A stretch of DNA of 64,000 nt from a virus (IMGVR_UViG_3300034066_001346:1-64000); one strand, 5' to 3'. Positions 19,393 through 28,163 are shown, numbered from the stretch's first letter. The notes: generated by a model from the sequence alone, not told the origin. Program-made: numbers and translations.

Positions 19393-20009
19393 CAGATTTA
19401 ATTTCATCTAAATATACATTTGTCTGTGACCCAAATGAATGTGATTCTTTAATCGAACTAACATCATCAGATGGATTTGGATTCCCATCTGGTGTGACCG
19501 AGCTCACATGCCCTTGTGGTCGCAAGACTACATTATTGTCAGTGGAGCATGCTACACTACCAACAACAAACCAAACGAAAGAGGAAAAAATGGACCAGCC
19601 AGTAATCGATAACCACTACATGACACGAGACTTCCTTGAGTCACAGTTAGTAGAAAACAAAGCACGCATAGCACAGTTAGAAGAACAGATTCAGCGTGTA
19701 ACTCAGCGTGACTATGCAACCGCATCAACCTTAAATAAGTTGCGTGATGACATGAAGATATTTACTCTGGAGGGACTTGATGACGATTCTATTACAGAAT
19801 ATCAAGCCGAAGAAATTGCAAGCATCTGCGGTTTCGAACTAACAAATGAATTTGAGTTGACTGTAACAGTTCAATATTCAGTTACAGTTAATGCTAGAAG
19901 CGAAGAGGATGCTATTAATTCAATTCACGATACAGACTTTGACACAGTGTCATATGATGAACCAATTACATATTTGTCATCATCTATAGATTCAATCGAG
20001 GTGGACTAA
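19389..20009 (+). CDS. Zn-finger-like N-terminus fused in frame to a separately promoted gene (internal ATG 19590)
   Basis: CDPNEC..CPCG; internal CRP site 19493, promoter 19537-19558, RBS 19574. Confidence 0.65.
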   Translation: MTDLISSKYTFVCDPNECDSLIELTSSDGFGFPSGVTELTCPCGRKTTLLSVEHATLPTTNQTKEEKMDQPVIDNHYMTRDFLESQLVENKARIAQLEEQIQRVTQRDYATASTLNKLRDDMKIFTLEGLDDDSITEYQAEEIASICGFELTNEFELTVTVQYSVTVNARSEEDAINSIHDTDFDTVSYDEPITYLSSSIDSIEVD

Positions 20010-20940
20010 TGTACTTTGAACTTACTGCACCAACTAAGGTGGCCTATGCACGGGCCACCTGGGAGGCGGAGATGCTTGGTTTAGATCCTGAAGCCAGCGA
20101 AGAGCCGTTGACATTCAACATTGGAACTGGTAGTATTGAGAAAGTAACACACCTTAGAGAGAAATACAATCTTGAAGAAGTGTATGTTTCTGAATTCGAA
20201 CCAACGGGATATATAAGGAGTTAAAGTGTCAGACTACAAAGAAGGATTTACAGACGGGTACAAGTTTGCTCGTGAAGAACTAATGGAGAAGTTGCGTGAG
20301 ATTGATATCACCGATATCGATTCATGGTTACTTAATCAATTAGCAGATATGATTGAAGGCAACGACCTGTGACAGAAGACTTAACTAGATGGATTGGCTG
20401 TGACCAATGTGGCACGGCTCAAGCAATGTATGTAGTTAAACTAGTAGAAGGTGAGCTTTTCTTTTGTGGCCACCACTACAATGCAAGCAAGCGTGGCCTT
20501 GACAAGGTCGCATATGAAGTAGTAGAATTAAACAAAACCGAAGCAGTACCTACATTAGAAGAGGCGGAACTATAATGGGAGACAGAGCAAATTTTGGATT
20601 TAAACAAAACAGCGGTGACACATTGTTTTTGTACGGGCACTGGGCAGGTCACAACATGCTTGGCAACTTGGCAGCAGCGCTGTCTGCAGCAGAGCCAAGG
20701 TGGGGTGACTCATCCTATGCAACACGAATTGCTACATCACATTTAATTGGAGATGAATGGACTTCAACAACTGGTTGGGGCTTTAGCATTAATCGATTGG
20801 ATGACAATGAGCACAAGGTACCTGTTGTCAATTGGGCAGAACAAACCGTAACTCTTTTTGAAGAGGACCTTACTACAGTCGTAGCAAAGTTCGGCATTGC
20901 TGAATTTGTAAATAGGTATACATTAGTCTCAGTTGACTAA
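20009..20940 (+). other. Early ORFs (20009-20224, 20227-20372, 20369-20575 with CxxC..CGHH, 20575-20940)
   Basis: Overlapping plus-strand ORFs. Confidence 0.65.
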
Positions 20941-20957
20941 TATGATATAATAGTATT

Positions 20958-21082
20958 TTAGGGTGCTTCTATCTAGTCGTATGGCCAGGAGCTAAGTAAG
21001 GCAGAGATTGTTACTTTCGTTGGTTACTCTTAGCAGCCCTAATCTATGGTCCCCCAGGTAAGATCTGGGGGATCTTCTTTTT
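20958..21082 (+). ncRNA. Candidate trans-acting small RNA antisense to the early-gene RBS leader
   Basis: TGATATAAT promoter (TATAAT 20946-20951); closing stem TTAGGG/CCCTAA; seed CTTTCGTTGGTT 21014-21025; terminator 21050-21082; no ORF. Confidence 0.65.
21050..21082 (+). terminator. Intrinsic terminator
   Basis: TCCCCCAG-N7-CTGGGGGA followed by TCTTCTTTTT. Confidence 0.8.
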
Positions 21083-21219
21083 GCCCACAAAGACATGAGG
21101 GTATATTATTCTCTTTAAGAAGTCAAGTAAAAATCCCCTGAAATTTTGTGAGCTTTGCCACAATGTGGCGGGTATCACATAGGAAATCTATTCCATTTGT
21201 CAGTGCCTTAATATATAAT
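21083..21219 (+). promoter_or_regulatory. Composite element, two near-consensus CRP sites (21147, 21164) and early promoter (21198-21219)
   Basis: TTAAG at 21115 and CCCTGAA at 21136; TGTCAG-N10-TATAAT. Confidence 0.75.
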
Positions 21220-21243
21220 AATCACATAACGAAAGGGATAAAA

Positions 21244-22732
21244 ATGGAAGCATTTACAGATACAGTAGGAGAGCATATTCTTGGAGCAATTCAAGTAGAT
21301 ATTGAGCAACATCTATTTGAGCAATGGAACAATGCTAACTTAGATGAAGGCTCAGCATATGCAGAATATAAGTTTATGCAATTTGCACCTGATAACTTAA
21401 AACAATCATATAATGAATACTACGGGTATATTGAAGGAGATGAGTTCTTACTATGATGTTAGGATATACTGAAATAGATATAGATAGAATGAAGTTTGCT
21501 TTGAATATGGCTGCTTTCTATTTACCGCCAGCCCAAGAAGATATCAAAATTAGATTAGAAGAAGTTCATGAGTTTTTAGACAAAATGCTAGCGGAAGGGA
21601 AAATGTAATGTTAGGTTATTCTAATAAAGATCTAGATGAAATGGTCTATGCAATTCAATCTGTAATAACTACCGTGGATTCCAATGATGACCCGTTTTTA
21701 CACGGGAACTTATGGAAAGCACAGGAGTTTCTACAAGGACTATGGGCAGAGGGTTATTTTGACTAAGTCATCCCACTTCCTAGAATATATAAAGCTTCAT
21801 TTAATTAGTCTTATCCAGGACTTAGATAAGTTACATTCAACTGATGATAACTTTAAATTTGTTGAAGGACAAATTGAGGCAACCAGGCATTTATTGTCAG
21901 TGGCAACTGATATAATGAACTCTACTAACGAAAGGTATGAATAATGAATATAACATCTAGAGAAGTTACTTATCGTTCCGCCGTCGAACAAATCTTTTTT
22001 GAGGACGGGACTGAATTAGTAATAACAATTGGCGCTCCTGCCGAAGGCGGAGGCGATATCGATATTGAATATAATTGGGTAGAAGGAAAGCCTGATTGGG
22101 CAGACAACTTAAATGAATCAACACTAGTGAACTATGAGGTAATCTAATGAATCAAGAAGACATTGGGCTCCCGCCCCATTTGCAACGCATGGTCAATGCA
22201 GGAGTATCAGGCCTTGACATTATCCACGGTGAACTAAAGAACTTAATGCTGATTGCCGAGCAAGAACTTGCAGACGCAATCGAACGGGAAGAGGAGTCAG
22301 AAGAAGCAATGGACTCCATGGTCCGTACGGAATGTGAAGGCGCACTAGACACCTTGGTAGCGCTATATGAACTTACTTACCAACTATCATTTGCGATTGG
22401 AGCACGGAATGAAGCCTGAAGATAAAGATAAACTAAATAAGTGTTTAGAGATCTTGGACACCACCGACCTTGGGCTATCCATGGTATGGCTGTGGACCTG
22501 GTCGACTATTCAAAACATCGTTAGCGATGACAACTGGACTGCACAGGCAACCCTTGATGAGATGTGGGAGCACCTGTGTGAGGCTGTAGAGGCAGGCCAG
22601 GGATTCTCCTTAGAGTACGGAGCAGAACAGCACCAGGACGATGTACTTGAATGGATGTTAAATCGTGGGTACATCTTGGACCCACTAGATTCACTTGATG
22701 ATGAGGATGAAGAAGATGCAAGCGACGAGTAA
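21244..22732 (+). other. Early small ORFs (21244-21456, two MLGY-starting paralogues near 21453 and 21608, an ORF ending 21944, 21944-22147, 22147-22419, 22409-22732)
   Basis: Packed plus-strand ORFs; internal early promoter at 21895-21916. Confidence 0.6.
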
Positions 22733-22934
22733 ATATATCAATGAGCAATTAAATAAGGCACAGGAGCTTTTGTGGGGTGGGTCAGAAACAGAGAACATTC
22801 AGGCCCACAACATCGTTGCTAGTTTAATTAAACATCTAGAAAAAAACTAAATATAGGCGGAATATCTATTTACAATTTCTGTAAATTGATATATAATAAA
22901 TACAACAACTTATATCTCTTGAAAGGGGATTCAA

Positions 22935-23084
22935 ATGACAACAAAGCGTGAATATCTAAAGCAGCAAGGCATTACAGTAGGAGCCCGTGGCCGTTTCTCA
23001 GGAGCAGCCAAGGTAGCTTTGCAAGAGGCAGTAAACAAGGGCATTACCTTCACAGCAGAGGCGCCAACTAACAAGGCTAAGTAA
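22935..23084 (+). CDS. Lsr2-like DNA-binding mini-protein (49 aa, not in ORF track)
   Basis: MTTKREYLKQQGITVGARGRFS matches the Lsr2 C-terminal RExxxxxGxxVxxRGR AT-hook; own promoter TTTACA-N17-TATAAT (22869-22897), RBS GAAAGGGG and terminator. Confidence 0.7.
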   Translation: MTTKREYLKQQGITVGARGRFSGAAKVALQEAVNKGITFTAEAPTNKAK

Positions 23085-23096
23085 CAAACTAGATCG

Positions 23097-23130
23097 AAGG
23101 GGTGGTTGAGTCAAGGCTTGCCACCCCTTC
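23097..23130 (+). terminator. Hairpin after the Lsr2-like gene
   Basis: GAAGGGGTGG..CCACCCCTTC. Confidence 0.6.
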
Positions 23131-23167
23131 CCTATTGTGGTAAAATCAACTAAGAAAGGCGGAACCA

Positions 23168-23530
23168 ATGGCTAAATCACCAGCAGACAAAGTAGCAGAC
23201 CAACTAGTAGAACTAACAGAGAACCATTTCTTTAATCCAGCAATCTTTGGTCGAGTACTAGCAGACCAACCACTTTATACGACAGACCGCATTATGGAAA
23301 TGGTTGCTCAAATAATTAGTTACCAAGCCAAGCGATACAAGACGGAAGCAACGAACGGCAAGACAAGCGAAGGCTTATTCCTTGCTAAAGAGTTAGATAG
23401 AATGCTTAAACATCTAACAGATTCCTACAAATGGAATAATCTTAAATTACCTCAATCAAATAAAACACATTCCCAACTTAAAGAAGAGCCAAGTATAAAT
23501 TCTAAGAAGTCTTGGGTCAAGTTAAATTAA
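23168..23530 (+). CDS. Hypothetical protein, last plus-strand gene of the island
   Basis: 120-aa ORF; AAGGCGGA RBS. Confidence 0.7.
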   Translation: MAKSPADKVADQLVELTENHFFNPAIFGRVLADQPLYTTDRIMEMVAQIISYQAKRYKTEATNGKTSEGLFLAKELDRMLKHLTDSYKWNNLKLPQSNKTHSQLKEEPSINSKKSWVKLN

Positions 23531-23549
23531 TTAAACATAGCTCACAGAA

Positions 23550-23594
23550 TTATCCACATCCTTATCCACAGGGTGTGGATTTTTTTGTGGATAA
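23550..23594. promoter_or_regulatory. DnaA-box cluster (3 perfect, 1 partial); candidate origin or ejection-stop region
   Basis: TTATCCACA at 23550 and 23562; TGTGGATTT at 23574; TGTGGATAA at 23586; AT-rich non-coding tract follows. Confidence 0.7.
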
Positions 23595-24042
23595 AATGTG
23601 TGGGCATGGGGCGAAATTTTTCTATTACGACAACATAATAAAAATCCCTGAAAATTATATAGAAATGTCGACAAATCTATTTAAATACATACAGAATTGT
23701 AGACAAATTGCCATAAATTGTCCAGAATATAATAGAATAAATATACATAAATATTGGACAAAGAGGGCGAAATTGTCTATTTACGACAGTTGACAAAAAT
23801 TCCCTGAAATGTATCTATTGACAAATATGGGGGAATATGCCAGATTAGACAAAACATTACGAAATGTCAATCATTAGGATGACGCCCAATTACATGTAGT
23901 AGATTTGTCGATAAATAGATAGTAATCCAGGGTAAATTAATAGTAAATTATTTCATAGATACATAGATCTATGCAGTCAAAATGGGCTTCTAAGGGGGTT
24001 TTAAGACCTTTATAAAAGGCGGGGGATACTAGGATATGGAGC

Positions 24043-24384
24043 TTATTTGCCCATTTGATTTGGCCAATGTAGGAAATCTTTGCTTCCAAATGGCCAAGGC
24101 ATGGGTGGATTTCTCTTTGCTTCATCTAATCCAGAATCAGCTATTTTAGCAGCATCATCTCCATCTACTATAATTTCTGATGATCCACCTTTATTCCAAT
24201 CTATAGTTACCACATAGTTATCATTAGTTTTATCAAATTCAATTTCTAAACTATAATAAGATCCTGAGTAGAATATTGGACCAGGACCTATATCAGGGTT
24301 ATATTCTTTATACTGAGAATAGTCTTCATCAACTACCGCCTTGACCAAATCAGCTATTAGTACCTTTTTCATAAACTTATCCAT
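24043..24384 (-). CDS. Hypothetical protein
   Basis: 113-aa ORF. Confidence 0.55.
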   Translation of the reverse strand: MDKFMKKVLIADLVKAVVDEDYSQYKEYNPDIGPGPIFYSGSYYSLEIEFDKTNDNYVVTIDWNKGGSSEIIVDGDDAAKIADSGLDEAKRNPPMPWPFGSKDFLHWPNQMGK

Positions 24385-24387
24385 GGC

Positions 24388-24882
24388 TTATCTTAACACC
24401 TTTGCACCTTTAATTACATTACATCTTCCGTGTGCTGGTCTAACATTATCTAAGCTATCTGTACCACCCTTTGATAAAGGATATAGGTGATCTATATGAA
24501 AGCCATTATCCCAGCCAGGCTTACCACACTGTCTTGGAGCAGATAAATCTATTGGGTTTTGGCAGATATGGCATAAATTCCCATACTTATCCAGAACCTG
24601 TTTCTCAGAGTAGGGAGCATGTTCATTGTTTCTTTTTAAAGCTTCACGCTTTCTATTTTTCTTTCTTCCCCATTCTTTTACTTTATCTGGGTTGGCTTTT
24701 TTATATTTTTGCTCATGAACCACTCTTTTGTCTCTATTTTCTTTATCATATTTTTTACTGGTTTTTCTACTTTTCTCTGGATTTGCTCTATGATAGGCAG
24801 CATTATAAATAGACCTACATGGCTTGCAATAGGTATCATTTATTGATTCAGCAACCCTGCATGAACTACAAATTCTCATCAA
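24388..24882 (-). CDS. HNH endonuclease (homing-type)
   Basis: CHIC..HIDHLYPLSKGG..NVRPAHGRCN. Confidence 0.9.
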   Translation of the reverse strand: MMRICSSCRVAESINDTYCKPCRSIYNAAYHRANPEKSRKTSKKYDKENRDKRVVHEQKYKKANPDKVKEWGRKKNRKREALKRNNEHAPYSEKQVLDKYGNLCHICQNPIDLSAPRQCGKPGWDNGFHIDHLYPLSKGGTDSLDNVRPAHGRCNVIKGAKVLR

Positions 24883-25255
24883 ACCACTACGCCCTTCTTC
24901 ATGGCTATTTACAGCTTACGCAGTAGTATGGAGCACGTAAATGATCTGGATGAGTATATACAGATTGAGCACATTTAGCACACGTAACCTTAATTAAATC
25001 AGATTGTTCTATATCAAAGGTAAATGACCTTGTGTAATATAGTTTAGTTATATACCAAGTAATGGCTATTGCTAATATAGTTATCATGAGCTTAGTCCTT
25101 TAAATGAATGACATGCACATACGCCTACTATTTGATAGTTTTGTTCTACTTCGGCTAGATCATTATATATAGCTAATGCTTGACAGTAATGACACTTCTC
25201 TGTCTCTTGTTCTTCCGCCTCTAAATAGGCTTCAAAGTTATCTAATATACCCATA

Positions 25256-25486
25256 TTACTTATTCCTTGGGATTAGTGTTTGTGGTCCTTCTGTACCAAA
25301 TAGGGATTTCTTTACTGGGACACAATTAGGTACTCTTCTACCGCCTTTATCCTTCATACCCACCTGCTTATATCCGCTCCAGCAAGCCTTCTCCATATTG
25401 TCCCATTTGTCCTCTTCTTCATTATCTGAGGTATAGCCCTTTGAGATCTCTTCATCTGTTAATTCAATGTTGTCGTTGTTTTCCAT
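25256..25486 (-). CDS. Small protein with the phage CWxGYxxxGxKxKxGxxVPNCVP motif
   Basis: Motif visible in the translation. Confidence 0.6.
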   Translation of the reverse strand: MENNDNIELTDEEISKGYTSDNEEEDKWDNMEKACWSGYKQVGMKDKGGRRVPNCVPVKKSLFGTEGPQTLIPRNK

Positions 25487-25802
25487 AAATCTATTATACC
25501 ATATTCCTAGTCAACTGATATGGACATTACCTTACAATAGATTAATTGATCTTCTACCTTATGCCAATCCCAAAATAAAGGATCTTTAAATGGTTGATTG
25601 CATACATCACACTCTGGTGGTTTCATTCCTCTTCCCCATCTACAAGTAAAGCTTTATTCATCCAGATCTCACCTGCTGGATTCATGGAATACATCAGATA
25701 CATTAGCTCACCGCAAAATTTACAATCAGGTACTGAGGTAAGCTTATTTACACTCATCTTTAATTCCGCTTTACACTTACATTTCCATCCGTAATCATAC
25801 AT

Positions 25803-25964
25803 CTAGAGCCTTCTCCAGTTTCTATATATACCGTATTCATCTAGCCATTTAATTAACAGCCATTTCTCAATCTTTAATTCTTCTGCTATCTGAGTAACTG
25901 ATCGTTCTTTAACGATATACTGCTCAATTAGCCAGTCTTTATCAGTATATTTAGGATTTCCCAT
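25803..25964 (-). CDS. Small HTH protein (not in ORF track), paralogue of 52531-52677
   Basis: YTDKDWLIEQYIVKERSVTQIAEEL. Confidence 0.6.
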   Translation of the reverse strand: MGNPKYTDKDWLIEQYIVKERSVTQIAEELKIEKWLLIKWLDEYGIYRNWRRL

Positions 25965-26153
25965 AGGTATCAATTATAAGTCACGTAGTGACAAAATGCT
26001 CTCTACCGCCGCCGATTTCACTAATTGGGATCAAATTAGACAATATATTATTAATTACCTCTAGCTACCTTAGCAGCAAGCATACGCATACCAAGGGCGT
26101 TAGTTGCGGAATCCTCAATCGGTATTGCTTCGATCTCTCGTGCAATCTCTTCT

Positions 26154-26480
26154 CTAAGCATCATGTCGTCTAGGCTCATTATTAATAACCAGTCCGTGTT
26201 CAATGTCTCTGGCCCAAAGGTTGTCCCAGAGTTCGTTTATTGTTTCGTGCCCTATATCATCAAACAAATACATGTTATTCATTTCATTAAAGGTGTAACC
26301 GTACCACAATCCGCCTTCTTCCCAACTTAAATTATTTGTAGGCTCATTCATGGCTGCATCTATTGCATCATACATGTGAACTTCAGCAAAGATTGCCTGT
26401 CTTAGAGACGTAAATCTAAATATACGATTAACTAACCAATCAATCATTTTCTTGATCCTTTTCCCATGTAAGCTTTCCAT
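26154..26480 (-). CDS. Hypothetical protein
   Basis: ORF in a minus-strand run. Confidence 0.5.
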   Translation of the reverse strand: MESLHGKRIKKMIDWLVNRIFRFTSLRQAIFAEVHMYDAIDAAMNEPTNNLSWEEGGLWYGYTFNEMNNMYLFDDIGHETINELWDNLWARDIEHGLVINNEPRRHDA

Positions 26481-26759
26481 CTTTATATACAGGCCAATAG
26501 CCTAATGACCGCCAGTCCATCTTCATGATCTTGGGTTCTTTCATATCATAATGATAGTATTATTTGGAGTTCTTGTCAATGACTTTTTCAAGTCTTTTCA
26601 TAAGTTTCTTTTGCTTCTCTATGGCTTCATTTATGGCGTCTTGAAAGCCTTGACACATCTTGCACATATCCATCATTTCTGGATACTTTTCCCATTGTGC
26701 TAAATTATTTGCTACATCGCATGTTGTACACATTGCTCTGTCTGTCATGTTAAACCAAT

Positions 26760-27038
26760 CTATTTAATGTATCTATGATCTATATGACCATGAGTGTATA
26801 TCTCATTATACACCTCATCATCTTCTGACTCTTCCCGCTTCCAGTGTATGTATGATTTAATATATACTGCTGCGTAAGCTATTGCTGAAAATATAAATCC
26901 GTATTGTTTTGTAATTAATGCATAAGTAATCCATAACACTTCATTAAAGCAAAGCACTATCCATCCCCAAATAGTTTTTCTGCCAACGAAATAGATACCA
27001 GTAACACCTATTACAGCTAAAACCCAGGACCACATCAT
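26760..27038 (-). CDS. PnuC-like small membrane protein
   Basis: Three TM helices; WGW..LWITYALITKQYGFI. Confidence 0.6.
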   Translation of the reverse strand: MMWSWVLAVIGVTGIYFVGRKTIWGWIVLCFNEVLWITYALITKQYGFIFSAIAYAAVYIKSYIHWKREESEDDEVYNEIYTHGHIDHRYIK

Positions 27039-27625
27039 ATAGCCTTTCCATAAAAATTAACATTTATGCTTATCCTAAAGCTTGTCTTTTGTGGATAAGC
27101 CCAGCTATGAAAAACATCTGAGTTCATTAATAATCCTGATCCAGCAGTTGGATTAAACTGTTTTAAAATAGAAAACTCTTCATACTTATGCTCATTGCCA
27201 TCATACTTAGGGTTGTACATTGTAGTTGGTCCGTCGCTATCATTAACAAAATAAACAAAAGATAGGCTATTGGGGTTTTTACCATGCATATCTACATGTA
27301 TTGGCAAAGGCCTTGGATCATCATTTTTGAAGGTAAAGTTTACTCTTGTTCTTAAAACTTTTCCTACCTTAAATCCATAATTTTTACAGAATTCATTAGT
27401 TAAATCCTTTGCCATTGCTTTCATTTTTTTTGATTCAGCATTTGCAAATACACCTACATCTTGAAAACTGTCACTAAATATGCCTGAGATATTGTCCTTC
27501 CTAGCACCAACCTTATTGGTGTAGTAATACGGCAATTCGTATATTATTTTTTTATAGTAATCTACTTTTTCATTACTTAAAAATGAATCACTATGTATAT
27601 ATCCAGGCTCAGGTATTATAATCAT
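27035..27625 (-). CDS. 2OG-Fe(II) oxygenase
   Basis: HVD, YFVNDSDGPT, FHS and RISIN motifs. Confidence 0.8.
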   Translation of the reverse strand: MIIIPEPGYIHSDSFLSNEKVDYYKKIIYELPYYYTNKVGARKDNISGIFSDSFQDVGVFANAESKKMKAMAKDLTNEFCKNYGFKVGKVLRTRVNFTFKNDDPRPLPIHVDMHGKNPNSLSFVYFVNDSDGPTTMYNPKYDGNEHKYEEFSILKQFNPTAGSGLLMNSDVFHSWAYPQKTSFRISINVNFYGKAI

Positions 27626-27630
27626 TTAGT

Positions 27631-28029
27631 TTAAAATGGTACATCCGATAGGCTTTTCCATGATGGGAATGCATCAAGTGCTTCTCCTTTAGGGGCATCC
27701 TTAGATAGCGTAAATGTAGTAACTGCAATTGTATCTGCATTAATTTCTACAGAAGTCCGCTTTTGACCTTCTTTATCTGTCCAAGTTTCTTCGTAAATCT
27801 TACCAGTAATAGTAACTTCCATTCCCTTTTTAAGGGTAACCTTTGACTGTTCCGCTAAGCTCTTCCAGGCCTTAACTGTCCACCACGAAGTGTTCTTATC
27901 TTCCCATTGACCGCTTTGATCATTCTTAACACGATCACTTGTTGCTACACGCAATCTAACTCCGTTTGAACCAACTGACTCTGGCTCTTGACCAATTCTT
28001 CCAGTTAATGTAATAAATGGATTTGCCAT
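27631..28029 (-). CDS. ssb: Bacterial-type single-stranded DNA-binding protein
   Basis: ITLTGRIGQEPE, LKKGMEV.ITG and the acidic C-tail DVPF. Confidence 0.9.
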   Translation of the reverse strand: MANPFITLTGRIGQEPESVGSNGVRLRVATSDRVKNDQSGQWEDKNTSWWTVKAWKSLAEQSKVTLKKGMEVTITGKIYEETWTDKEGQKRTSVEINADTIAVTTFTLSKDAPKGEALDAFPSWKSLSDVPF

Positions 28030-28091
28030 TTTACCGCCTTCTTTCTATAGATAACTATTTTATAATATAAAAAATAGTATGTCAATACTTG

Positions 28092-28163
28092 CTGGGAATA
28101 CTGGATTCGAACCAATGACCTAGAAGTTAACAGCTTCCCGCTCTGCCGCTGAGCTAATCCCCA
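28092..28163 (-). tRNA. tRNA-Asn(GUU)
   Basis: Cloverleaf; GGAAG-CTGTTAA-CTTCT. Confidence 0.9.

Noticed and set aside
13328-21179. Recurring intergenic repeats as a CRISPR array or integron attC cassettes
   Set aside because: The repeats are degenerate, separated by whole genes and lack constant repeat/spacer lengths; no cas operon or integrase is seen and there are no attC R-box ends
10914-26014. Inverted CGGCGGTAGA copies (about 10914 plus, about 26002 minus) flanking the island as inversion sites
   Set aside because: Only 10 bp, not at the strand-switch points, and no recombinase is in the window
27090-27098. Perfect DnaA box TGTGGATAA
   Set aside because: Isolated and inside a coding sequence; compatible with chance
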